Assembly: GCA_934095845.1 (NCBI GenBank)
Contig: CAKOKS010000006.1
Span: 258 to 64,257, forward strand
DNA length: 64,000 bases
Source of the DNA: an uncultured Bacilli bacterium
GTDB taxonomy: Bacteria > Bacillota_I > Bacilli_A > RF39 > UBA660
Direction of reading: 5' to 3'
The notes beneath the pieces were generated by a model. That model was not told the origin of the DNA and ran no database searches. It worked only from the letters and a program-made list of their open reading frames with translations. Below, one piece after another: positions 13,385-22,752 of this stretch (the first letter of the stretch is position 1; each line of letters starts with the position of its first letter). The position numbers and the translations under genes are program-made.

Positions 13385-14325
13385 TTACAATCAAATCCTT
13401 TTCCTGTCATAGCGTAATGAACTTTTTTAACATTTGTATCTTTAACATAATAATTATAATCAACTACCTTAGTAGGTACAGCTGATTTTTCTAAATCAAT
13501 ATTTGCTTTATATAAAAGTCCATCACTTGTTTCTTCTAAAGTAGCAAGTTTTCCCATATTGGTAACAAGTTTATCATAAACAGATTTCTTATTTAAATAT
13601 TCTTCATCAGTTAATCCATTTTTAGTTATAACTTGAGTATCATCTATACTTATAAGTTTATCATTAGCAAAAGTATATTCAATCTCTCTTGAATCCTTTT
13701 TACAAGTTATACTTCCAATTCCTGATTCATCAGTTTCTAGTTTATAATCTGGATAATCTTCATCTTTAAGTAATACTATTTTTCCAATATAAGTAATATT
13801 ACTATTAAAATTAGTTAATGTTTTAAATTCAACTGTTTTTTCTTGATAATCATATGTTCCAGTTAATTTAACTGCTGCAAGTTTAGTATTATTTTTACTT
13901 GATAATATTTCAAAATAATATTCATCTTCATCTAAATTAATAACATTATTGAAACTAGATATAGTCATTTTTACAATATTATTATATAAAGAAATATTCT
14001 TTAATACAATATTTCCACTTTTCATAACAGTTGTACTTAATAAAGATTGTTCTTTAGATCCATCTAAATAAGTTTGTCCAGTTGTAATATTTTCACTTGT
14101 ACCAGAACTACCATTTAAGAATTTATAAAGAACACTATTTTCATCTTGCATCATACTATTAACAATTGGTAAGCCTATTAAAACAATTATAAACAAAATA
14201 GCAAGTTCTATTACTATCATTGGTCTTCCTATTTTTTCTTTTCTTAATTCACCAATTACTTCTGCTTGTACATTTCTTGGGTCAGTGTAGTTTTCTTTTT
14301 CTACATTATCTTTTTCTTCTTGCAT
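13381..14325 (-). CDS. Membrane-anchored hypothetical protein (314 aa).
   Basis: Single N-terminal TM segment. Its stop overlaps the scpA start. Confidence 0.55.
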   Translation of the reverse strand: MQEEKDNVEKENYTDPRNVQAEVIGELRKEKIGRPMIVIELAILFIIVLIGLPIVNSMMQDENSVLYKFLNGSSGTSENITTGQTYLDGSKEQSLLSTTVMKSGNIVLKNISLYNNIVKMTISSFNNVINLDEDEYYFEILSSKNNTKLAAVKLTGTYDYQEKTVEFKTLTNFNSNITYIGKIVLLKDEDYPDYKLETDESGIGSITCKKDSREIEYTFANDKLISIDDTQVITKNGLTDEEYLNKKSVYDKLVTNMGKLATLEETSDGLLYKANIDLEKSAVPTKVVDYNYYVKDTNVKKVHYAMTGKGFDCK

Positions 14326-14403
14326 ACTTAATCCCTCTATCCTTAAAACAATTATATCAAAAAAAATAGAAAAGTTAAACTTTTCTTTTCTATTTAAACA
14401 TTC

Positions 14404-14766
14404 TTAAAACTTAGGCATGTTACGAGTAATATCCTCATTGTCATATTCATCAAATTTACTCATAACCTCTTCTACTAAAGTTTTTACTCCACCATTACTT
14501 AATAAGTATTTTAGAAATATCCATGATTTTTTATATTTTTTTGCTTGTTCTATTTTTTCTTCGTCGCTTAAACCACTAGTAATTATTTTTGCACGAATTC
14601 TTTTCATATCATTATAAAAAATTGAAATATCAAAAATATAATGAATAATAGATTCCTCATTTATCTCTGGCCAGTCTTTTGAGGTTACTTGTATTTTCTT
14701 TAAAGCTAAAACTGGAATATTATTTAAAAAATCAATTGCATCTTTTACTACTCTTTCGTTATTCAT
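14404..14766 (-). CDS. Hypothetical protein (120 aa).
   Basis: ORF only. Confidence 0.45.
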   Translation of the reverse strand: MNNERVVKDAIDFLNNIPVLALKKIQVTSKDWPEINEESIIHYIFDISIFYNDMKRIRAKIITSGLSDEEKIEQAKKYKKSWIFLKYLLSNGGVKTLVEEVMSKFDEYDNEDITRNMPKF

Positions 14767-14810
14767 AGTATCACCTATTTAATTGTATCAAAAAAATTAA
14801 GTGGTTTCTA

Positions 14811-16214
14811 CTATTTTACTATTCCATCTAAACTAAAGCTTTTAGCATCTGTTATATAAACATTTACTATTTCACCTACTAATGATGGATCACATGTAAC
14901 ATTTACAAGTTTTTGAGTCTCTGTATATCCAAATAATTTAGTATCATCTTTTTCACTTTTTCCTAAAAGTAATACTTTAACAGTTTTATTTAAGTATTTT
15001 TGATTGTTCATATTTGAGTATTTATTAACAATTTCATTTAACCTATGAAGTCTTTCTTCTTTAACACTTAAAGGCACTTCATCTTTAATCTTAGCTGCAG
15101 GGGTTCCTTCTCTAGGTGAATATATAAATGTAAATGCTCCATCATATTTACATTTCTCAACTACTTCTAAGGTACTTTCAAAATCTTCTTCACTTTCATT
15201 TGGAAATCCAACTATAATATCAGTCGTGATAGCAACATCTTTTATGCGAGTTTTTAATTTATCAAACAGTTCTAAATATTCTTCTTTAGTATATCTTCTT
15301 CCCATTAGTCTTAATACTTTATTTGAACCACTTTGTAAAGGTAAATGAATATAAGGCATAATATTATCATATTTAGCAATTACATCTATCATTTCATCAG
15401 TAAAATTCCATGGATGACTTGTAACAAAACGTATACGTTCAATTCCAATTTCTGCAACTTTTTTTAGTAATTCAGCAAAACTTATTTCCTCTTCTCTATC
15501 GGTTCCATAAGCATTAACGTTTTGACCTAATAAAGTTACTTCTTTATATCCTTTTTCTTTTAAACAACTTATTTCTCTTAAGATATCTTCACTTTTTCTA
15601 CTTCTTTCTTTTCCTCTTGTATAAGGAACTATGCAATAAGTACAGAATTTGTCGCATCCATACATTATATTAACCCAAGCTACATATTTAGAATCTCTTT
15701 TATAAGTTTCCCCTACTTCAAAAACATTTCCTTCATTACTTTTTACTTCAATATTAAGCCCATCACTTAAATTCATTAAATAATTAGGAAGTTCATGAAT
15801 GTTATGTGTTCCAAAAACTAAATCAATATATTTATGACTTTCCATTATTTCTTTAACAACGCTTTCTTCTTGAGCCATACATCCACATAGAAGTATTTTT
15901 AAATCTGGTTTAGATTCTTTTAAATGTTTGCATATTCCTAAAAATCCAAATACTTTATCATGAGCATTTTCTCTAATCGCGCATGTATTTAAAACAACTA
16001 AATCAGCATCTTCTACATTATCTACTTTTTCATATCCTAAGTTTTCTAAAAGTGCACTTATTTCTTCTGAATCATGCACATTCATTTGGCATCCATAAGT
16101 TCTAATAAAATATTTTTTACCATTAAATTTATCACTTATAATTGGATTATTATATATAAATTCAACATGTTCTTTATTTCTTGATTTTTCATGATTCATA
16201 TCAGGTATATTCAT
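14811..16214 (-). CDS. miaB: tRNA methylthiotransferase MiaB (radical SAM).
   Basis: YFIRTYGCQMNVHDSE and the radical-SAM motif CDKFCTYCIVPYTRG. The ATG at 16214 has GGAAGTGA upstream. Confidence 0.85.
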   Translation of the reverse strand: MNIPDMNHEKSRNKEHVEFIYNNPIISDKFNGKKYFIRTYGCQMNVHDSEEISALLENLGYEKVDNVEDADLVVLNTCAIRENAHDKVFGFLGICKHLKESKPDLKILLCGCMAQEESVVKEIMESHKYIDLVFGTHNIHELPNYLMNLSDGLNIEVKSNEGNVFEVGETYKRDSKYVAWVNIMYGCDKFCTYCIVPYTRGKERSRKSEDILREISCLKEKGYKEVTLLGQNVNAYGTDREEEISFAELLKKVAEIGIERIRFVTSHPWNFTDEMIDVIAKYDNIMPYIHLPLQSGSNKVLRLMGRRYTKEEYLELFDKLKTRIKDVAITTDIIVGFPNESEEDFESTLEVVEKCKYDGAFTFIYSPREGTPAAKIKDEVPLSVKEERLHRLNEIVNKYSNMNNQKYLNKTVKVLLLGKSEKDDTKLFGYTETQKLVNVTCDPSLVGEIVNVYITDAKSFSLDGIVK

Positions 16215-16301
16215 AATAATCACTTCCATTAAAAGATTATAACATAAGAAAATAAAAATCTCTACATTAATTTTGTAAAGATTTTTTACTCTAGTAATTC
16301 A

Positions 16302-16442
16302 TTATTTTTCATAAATATTTACTTGATTAACATTGGTACTATTTTCAAGTTTACGAACATTTATTGACATAAGACTTAGTCCAAGGAACAATACAAGTAA
16401 AACTAAAATCACCCCACGATACTCACATAAAACTTTTTGCAT
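16302..16442 (-). CDS. 46 aa single-TM peptide divergent from lexA; candidate SOS-induced division inhibitor.
   Basis: The ATG at 16442 is preceded by GAAAGGAAG. A Cheo box lies about 35 nt upstream. The ORF-track start at 16529 would include the operator itself. Confidence 0.4.
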   Translation of the reverse strand: MQKVLCEYRGVILVLLVLFLGLSLMSINVRKLENSTNVNQVNIYEK

Positions 16443-16476
16443 ATCAACACTTCCTTTCGACAATTCAATCTTATCA

Positions 16477-16490
16477 AGAACATTTGTTCG
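16477..16490. promoter_or_regulatory. LexA (Cheo/SOS) box AGAACATTTGTTCG.
   Basis: Matches the Firmicute consensus CGAAC-N4-GTTCG at 12 of 14 positions. Located between lexA and the divergent small ORF. Confidence 0.6.
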
Positions 16491-16522
16491 TGTCAATGCA
16501 ATTTTATTATTTTTTGAAAAAT

Positions 16523-16536
16523 TAAACATTTGTTTG
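16523..16536. promoter_or_regulatory. Second, weaker LexA-box-like site TAAACATTTGTTTG, overlapping the lexA -35 (TTGACA at 16534-16539).
   Basis: Same half-site spacing as the box at 16477-16490, but with degenerate outer bases. Confidence 0.4.
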
Positions 16537-16583
16537 ACATTTTATATTTTTTTTGATAAAGTTTATATAGGAGGAATAAAGAA

Positions 16584-17204
16584 ATGACTCAAGAATTAAC
16601 AAAAAAACAAAATGAAACCTTAACTTTTATAAAAAAATATATTGTATCTCATGGATACTCACCTAGTGTAAGAGAAATCTGTAGTGGTATGAATCTTTCA
16701 AGTCCAGCTACTGCTCATACTCATTTAAAGGAGCTTGAAAAAAAAGGTTGGATTAGGAAAGAAGAAAACAAATTCAGAACTATTGAACTTTTAGTTGATA
16801 ATGAATTTGAAGAAAAAAATGAAGATGTTGTATCGGTTCCACTTTTAGGTAAAATATCTTGTGGTAATCCAATTGAAGCAATTGAAAATCCGAATGAGTT
16901 CTTTACATTACCAGCTAGTTTAATACCTGCTAAAGAATCTATATTTACATTAAAATGTTCTGGAGATTCAATGATTAATGTTGGTATATATGATAAAGAT
17001 ATTGTAATTCTTAAAAAACAAAATGTTGCTCATAATGGTGATATAGTTGCTGCTATGACTGAAGAAAATGAAGTTACATTAAAAACATTTTATAAAGAAA
17101 AAGATCATATTAGATTACAACCTGAAAATGATGAACTTGCACCTATTATAGTTGATAATTGTAAGATCTTAGGAATTGCAATTGGATTATATAGAAAATT
17201 ATAA
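16584..17204 (+). CDS. lexA: LexA repressor.
   Basis: N-terminal winged HTH (SVREI...TAHTHLKELEKKGWI) and an S24 peptidase domain (GDSM...KT). Confidence 0.9.
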   Translation: MTQELTKKQNETLTFIKKYIVSHGYSPSVREICSGMNLSSPATAHTHLKELEKKGWIRKEENKFRTIELLVDNEFEEKNEDVVSVPLLGKISCGNPIEAIENPNEFFTLPASLIPAKESIFTLKCSGDSMINVGIYDKDIVILKKQNVAHNGDIVAAMTEENEVTLKTFYKEKDHIRLQPENDELAPIIVDNCKILGIAIGLYRKL

Positions 17205-17226
17205 AAAAAGGAAACTTTATTGTTTC

Positions 17227-18087
17227 CTATAAACCAAGAGTTTTTATAAACTCTTTTCTTTTTGCCTCAAAATCTACATAATATTCAATATAACAATTTG
17301 GAACTACTATTCCGTGTTTTTCTTCTATATTACCTAATGAAGATAACATATTACTATTTTTAATCATTTCCATATATTCTAAAAAATATGGATTATTCTT
17401 TTTAAAGAATTCAACAGATTCTTTTGAAAAAACACAGTCAAAAAGTGGATCCCCAGTAAAATATGATTGTGAATTAATAAATGAAGATTCATAATCAAAT
17501 GTTGGAGTAAATACTAATTTTCCATCCTTTATACCATAATATGAATTTTTATATCTATCACCAATTGCAGTATAAAAACTTTTTACAAGAGATGATGTAT
17601 ATCTTCTTCTAAGTAATTCATCACATTCATAATCTGGATTAGTTAATATATTTCTTATTTCTTTTAAAATTTGTTTACTAGCATACATTCCTTTACGATG
17701 TTCAAATGTACCATCTAAGAAATTTTCAGAAAATAAACCTATTATTTCATCTTTATCAACAGCTATATTATATTTAATAGTTGGTATACTCATATATTCT
17801 GATAACTCTTGACCTAATAATTCGTTTAATATAGCAAAATTACTTTTTCTTTCCTTTAAAAAATATGTTCTTCCATTAATATAATACCAATAACCATATT
17901 CTTCTAAATCATCTAATTTTATTTTAACAAGTTCTGCTGTTTCTTGATCAACAGGAAGTTTTATTCCATCGCTTACACTTATACTTTTTAAATGATCTGT
18001 TTTTAAAAGTGAAGTATCTACTATTCTAATATCATTTTTATAATTAAGTTCTGCCTCAGGTATACTACATTTATGTACTTTATTCAT
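17227..18087 (-). CDS. Hypothetical protein (286 aa).
   Basis: ORF only. Weak kinase-like GDRYKN / FDYESS motifs are not enough for a call. Confidence 0.45.
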   Translation of the reverse strand: MNKVHKCSIPEAELNYKNDIRIVDTSLLKTDHLKSISVSDGIKLPVDQETAELVKIKLDDLEEYGYWYYINGRTYFLKERKSNFAILNELLGQELSEYMSIPTIKYNIAVDKDEIIGLFSENFLDGTFEHRKGMYASKQILKEIRNILTNPDYECDELLRRRYTSSLVKSFYTAIGDRYKNSYYGIKDGKLVFTPTFDYESSFINSQSYFTGDPLFDCVFSKESVEFFKKNNPYFLEYMEMIKNSNMLSSLGNIEEKHGIVVPNCYIEYYVDFEAKRKEFIKTLGL

Positions 18088-18182
18088 AAAAATCCCCCTT
18101 TAAAACGAGTATGATTATACCATATATTAATTTTTTATTCAAATTTACAAAGAAAAAACTAGAGATAATTCTCTAGTTAATG

Positions 18183-19388
18183 TTAGATAATTCTAAATGC
18201 TGGAGAAACACCAAAGGGGTTGAACGGATAGGTGCTATTCCAACAGCCGTTGATGTCGACGATAAGGAAGTAATCCTTACTGCTAGAATAAGCCGAACGA
18301 AGCCACCACCAATTATTTTTTCCACTATGTTGTTTTTGTACTTCTGCAAAACTGCTTGTTATTACTCCTTGATTTTTATAATAATCTAGTTGTTTCGATG
18401 TTCCTAATGCTGTATCATATTGAGCATTCTTTGAACTTGCAAAGTCACCATATATTTCTTCACTTGATAACAAGTATAATTTATCTTGTGTTTCAAAATT
18501 TTCTTCTCCACTTGTACTTCCATGTCCTGATATTACTTTTGTTGTTGCCATTACACTTTGTAAATCACTTGGAAGTGCATTGTATATTGTACCATTTACA
18601 TATGTACGCATTTCTGAATCTCTCCATCCACCCACATTTGTTCTTGTACTATAAAATTTTTGTGTCGTTATTATATCTACAAATTCTAATACAAATCCGC
18701 ATGCTGTTTCACTTGTTTCTGTTGTACATTCACTTTTATTTGCTATTCTTACTGAATGTATTCCCATTTCACCTAAATCTACTTCTTTTGTATCTCCTAT
18801 ATTATATTTGCTTGTATTTCCAATTTTTACATTTGCTGCTATTGTTGACCAACTATCTTCACTAAAAGTTACAGGTTCTGGCACATTACTTCCTAAATTA
18901 TCTCTTTCAGTTGCATTAAATGTTAATTCACATACATATTCTTCTCTTACCTCTTCTGTTGCAGTCTTGTTTAGTGTTACTGTTAACGTTCCATTAACTG
19001 AATTTTTAGCTTTAACTACTGTTGCATTATTTTCAAGTTCATTTGTTATACTTGTGTATTTTGCTGTTGTATTTTCTTTTACTTTACAAGTTACTTGTAC
19101 TTCGGCATCATAGTTGCTTGAATTATTTGTAACTTCATAATTTAACACACTTGTTTGATTTAATGTTTTTAAATCACTTGTTTCAAATGTAATTGTTTTC
19201 TTATCTTCACTTATTACATTTGTATATACGTCTGTTCCATCCAATGAAGCTGCAGTGAAAATAACACTAAAGTCATCTGTATTTTCACTTACTTTTGCAC
19301 TTCCGTTAATAATCAATGTTGTTGATATAGCAGCAAATCCCACTGCTAATAATAGTATAGCTACTACTAAACTCCCTTTCTTTTTCAT
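18183..19388 (-). CDS. Surface-family member P1: shared N-module plus one WWLRS...GVSPAFRI head domain (DUF6273-like by recollection).
   Basis: N-terminal MKKKGSLVVAILLLAVGFAAISTTLIINGSAKV... is about 85 percent identical to the N-termini at 35426-36697 and 41196-42545. The head is closest to the first head of P3. Confidence 0.8.
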   Translation of the reverse strand: MKKKGSLVVAILLLAVGFAAISTTLIINGSAKVSENTDDFSVIFTAASLDGTDVYTNVISEDKKTITFETSDLKTLNQTSVLNYEVTNNSSNYDAEVQVTCKVKENTTAKYTSITNELENNATVVKAKNSVNGTLTVTLNKTATEEVREEYVCELTFNATERDNLGSNVPEPVTFSEDSWSTIAANVKIGNTSKYNIGDTKEVDLGEMGIHSVRIANKSECTTETSETACGFVLEFVDIITTQKFYSTRTNVGGWRDSEMRTYVNGTIYNALPSDLQSVMATTKVISGHGSTSGEENFETQDKLYLLSSEEIYGDFASSKNAQYDTALGTSKQLDYYKNQGVITSSFAEVQKQHSGKNNWWWLRSAYSSSKDYFLIVDINGCWNSTYPFNPFGVSPAFRII

Positions 19389-19502
19389 TTCTTTACCTCT
19401 TTTCTATTGATAATTATACTATTATTTTTATTCTTTATAATTATTATATAAAAATAAAATGTAAACTTATGTAAATGAATATATAAAAAGATAGACAACA
19501 GT

Positions 19503-20618
19503 CTATCTAAATAACATCATATAAAGTAAGAAACCTATTAAAATAGAAGTTATAATTATTCCATTTATAGTATCACTTTTGCTAGTTTTACCTTCTATAC
19601 CAACTATCATTCCTGAGAAAACTCCACCAATAAGTCCACCAATATGACCAAAGTTATCAATCATTGGATTCATAAAACCAATTACTAAATTTAATATAAT
19701 TACTGGAACAATACCTGTCATGATTACATTACCTAAATATAATCTATAATGATAGCCAAAATATACTAAAGCTCCCATAAGTCCGAATATTGCCCCACTT
19801 GCTCCAATTGATGAATAATTTGCAAGTACTCCACTAAATAAAGAACCTAAAATTGCACTCATAAAGTAAACAAATATAAATTTTTTCTTACCTAAAACAG
19901 TTTCTAATTCTTTACCTATTATTGCAAGTGAATACATATTACATAATAAATGAATTAAATCAGCATGGAAGAAAGCAGCAGTAATTAATCTATAATATTC
20001 ATGATTTAAAATACCTACTTTATTCATTGAAAAATCATTTACATTTAATATTCCAGCAATAGAAAGCATAAATATTAATATATTAACAAATATTAAAATA
20101 TAAGTAACAACTATTGGTTTCTTTTTAAATATTTTTTCAAATAATCTATTCTTTTCTTCAGTTTTTGTATTTATATCATTTGTAACGTTTATAAAGAAAT
20201 CCATATTATCTGTAGAAGATATTTCGTCTTTAGCAAAATCTGGAAATAAAGTAAGTAATTTATTTTCTTTTATTCCTTTATCTGCATCAATTTTAAGTAT
20301 ATCCATATTTTTTCTTGAATCTTCATACTTTACGTTTTCACCCATGTTTAAGAAAATATTTAATGATTTACATTTAAGTGATAAAGTTTTCTTTTTTATT
20401 TGTTTAATTACTGAATTAGTTTTATATAAATCAAAATCTAATTGTTCATTATTATGAATATAATTACTATTAATTCTAATTACTTCATATTTTGAATCTA
20501 AATTTTCTAACCATATTTCATTTTCTACACCATTTACAAGTATAGGTTGATAATTTTCTTTTGTTATAAAATAATGAACTAAACGCATCACTAATTCATC
20601 TGAATTTGACATATTCAT
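19503..20618 (-). CDS. Rhomboid-family intramembrane serine protease with an N-terminal extra domain.
   Basis: GASGAIFGLMGA and HIGGLIGG motifs with multiple TM segments. AGGAGG precedes the ATG at 20618. Confidence 0.8.
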   Translation of the reverse strand: MNMSNSDELVMRLVHYFITKENYQPILVNGVENEIWLENLDSKYEVIRINSNYIHNNEQLDFDLYKTNSVIKQIKKKTLSLKCKSLNIFLNMGENVKYEDSRKNMDILKIDADKGIKENKLLTLFPDFAKDEISSTDNMDFFINVTNDINTKTEEKNRLFEKIFKKKPIVVTYILIFVNILIFMLSIAGILNVNDFSMNKVGILNHEYYRLITAAFFHADLIHLLCNMYSLAIIGKELETVLGKKKFIFVYFMSAILGSLFSGVLANYSSIGASGAIFGLMGALVYFGYHYRLYLGNVIMTGIVPVIILNLVIGFMNPMIDNFGHIGGLIGGVFSGMIVGIEGKTSKSDTINGIIITSILIGFLLYMMLFR

Positions 20619-20631
20619 ATTACATTTCCTC

Positions 20632-21522
20632 CTACTTTTCTTCAAGTGTTTCTAAAAAATCACTAAAATATCTTGGTAAATCACATTCAAAATGCATATG
20701 TTCTTTTGTTATTGGATGTTCAAAATCTATACTTGCTGAATGTAAAAATTGACCAAAATCTGTTGTTTTATCATTTGTATAAACTGGATCATTATAAACT
20801 GGGTATCCAATATAATTCATATGTACTCTTATTTGATGAGTACGTCCTGTATGAAGTGAAAGTCTTACTAAAGTAAATCCTTTATATCTTTTTAAAACTC
20901 TCATATCTGTTATAGCATCTTTGGAATTTTCAGCTGTAACAGTCATTTTTTTTCTATTTATTTTATCTCTTCCAATTGGAGCATCAATAGTAGCTGTATC
21001 GCTTAAAAATTCACCTTTTAAAAGAGCAATATATTCTCTTTTTATTTCATGTCTTGATAAATCTTCTGCTAATATTTGATGAGCTTTATTAGTTTTAGCA
21101 ACAACCATAAGTCCAGATGTATCTTTATCTATTCTATGAACAATACCTGGTCTTACTTCTCCATTTAAATCAGATAATTTATTTGTATGATATAAAAGTG
21201 CATTTACAAGGGTTCCATGACTATTACCATTACCTGGGTGAACAACCATACCTGATTCTTTATTTAAAACAATTATATCATCATCTTCATAAACAATATT
21301 TAAAGGTATATCTTCTGCAGTAATATCTAATGGTTCAATAAAATCTTCATTAATACTAATTTTATCTCCATTTTTTATTAAATAATTGTTTTTTGTTTTT
21401 TTATCATTAACTAGTATAAATTCATTTTCTATCATTTTAGCAATAGTGCTTCTAGAAAATTCTGTTTTCTCTGCTAAGTATTTATCAATTCTTAAGTTTC
21501 CCTCTTCGACGATTAATTCCAT
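20632..21522 (-). CDS. rluD: 23S rRNA pseudouridine synthase, RluA family (RluD-like).
   Basis: S4-like N-terminus and catalytic HRIDKDTSGLMVVAK. Confidence 0.85.
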   Translation of the reverse strand: MELIVEEGNLRIDKYLAEKTEFSRSTIAKMIENEFILVNDKKTKNNYLIKNGDKISINEDFIEPLDITAEDIPLNIVYEDDDIIVLNKESGMVVHPGNGNSHGTLVNALLYHTNKLSDLNGEVRPGIVHRIDKDTSGLMVVAKTNKAHQILAEDLSRHEIKREYIALLKGEFLSDTATIDAPIGRDKINRKKMTVTAENSKDAITDMRVLKRYKGFTLVRLSLHTGRTHQIRVHMNYIGYPVYNDPVYTNDKTTDFGQFLHSASIDFEHPITKEHMHFECDLPRYFSDFLETLEEK

Positions 21523-21964
21523 TTTTTACATCCCCTTTGAACGTTGCTACAACGATTAGTATGACTCCTATAACTATAGACATGTCAGCTATATTAAATA
21601 TTGGAAAATTATATCCAAATATATTTAATCCAATAAAATCTCTGACATAGCCATAAAATATTCTATCACATAAGTTACCTAATATTCCACCAAATAAAAG
21701 TCCGAATGCTGTATCATTAAATTTATTAGAAGCATAAGAAAACATTAAACTATATACAAGTACAAGCATAATTATAGAAACTATAATTAAAAATGTTACT
21801 TTACCTTCTAGAATTGACCATGATGCACCAGTGTTTTTATAAAAAGCAAAATATAAAAAATTATTAATTAAATGAATAGTTCCTGAAGACATTTGCATTA
21901 ATAATTTAGTAATTTGATCAACTATTAAGATTAAAATTGAAATAATAACTATTCTTTTATTCAT
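21485..21964 (-). CDS. lspA: Lipoprotein signal peptidase II.
   Basis: NTGASWSIL and FNIADMSIVIG motifs with 4 TM segments. Confidence 0.85.
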   Translation of the reverse strand: MNKRIVIISILILIVDQITKLLMQMSSGTIHLINNFLYFAFYKNTGASWSILEGKVTFLIIVSIIMLVLVYSLMFSYASNKFNDTAFGLLFGGILGNLCDRIFYGYVRDFIGLNIFGYNFPIFNIADMSIVIGVILIVVATFKGDVKNGINRRRGKLKN

Positions 21965-21997
21965 GAAAAGTCACCTACTAAAATTATATCTTATAAA

Positions 21998-22222
21998 TCA
22001 TAAATCTACAAGTATTACATCCTCTCCTATTTTAACAATTTGAGATATTTTTATACTTGTTTCATTATTATAAATATTAAATTTTTTAATTATTTTTTTA
22101 GGTTCAACAACAAAGTAATTTATTGTACCATTTTCTAAGATGTCCATATCTATAATTCTCCCGATATTTCTTCCATCATTTTTATTAACAACATCTTTTG
22201 ATTGTAAATCACTTATACGCAT
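21998..22222 (-). CDS. YlmC/YmxH-family PRC-barrel protein.
   Basis: MRISDLQSKDVVN.NDGRNIGRIIDMDI...G.I..FVV pattern. Confidence 0.65.
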   Translation of the reverse strand: MRISDLQSKDVVNKNDGRNIGRIIDMDILENGTINYFVVEPKKIIKKFNIYNNETSIKISQIVKIGEDVILVDL

Positions 22223-22265
22223 ATAAACACCCATTAAATTATACGTTTTTTATCTTGTTTTATAC

Positions 22266-22673
22266 TTAAATATTCCAAGTAGATTCATTACTTAATTTAA
22301 AATTTTTATTTTGATTAATTTTTTTATTAAAAACTTTTATATATTTATCTATTTCTTTTTTAGATATATAACACTCCTCATTCAGAGATTTATTTATTAT
22401 TCCTTTTAAAAATGGAATATGTTCATAGATATATAGAATATCTGCCATAAAACTAATATCTTCATCATATTTTTTTATATTTTCTAAATTATAATTTTCT
22501 TCTATTTTTTTTATTATTTTTGAAACATTACCAGAATCCCAATAAGTGGATTTATTATTTAAACATAATTTAGGTTTATTTATAATACTTTTTTTATAAG
22601 ATAAATCAAACACAACATGGTATTCATTTTGACTTAATAATACTCTTCTTTTTAATTCCATAATTACCTCCAC
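22266..22673 (-). CDS. Hypothetical protein (about 131-135 aa).
   Basis: ORF only. Confidence 0.4.
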   Translation of the reverse strand: MEVIMELKRRVLLSQNEYHVVFDLSYKKSIINKPKLCLNNKSTYWDSGNVSKIIKKIEENYNLENIKKYDEDISFMADILYIYEHIPFLKGIINKSLNEECYISKKEIDKYIKVFNKKINQNKNFKLSNESTWNI

Positions 22674-22752
22674 AAATATATTTTAATTTTATTATATAGC
22701 AAATTCAATTTAAATAAAAATACCTAGACTATTAATTCTAGATATTTTATAT

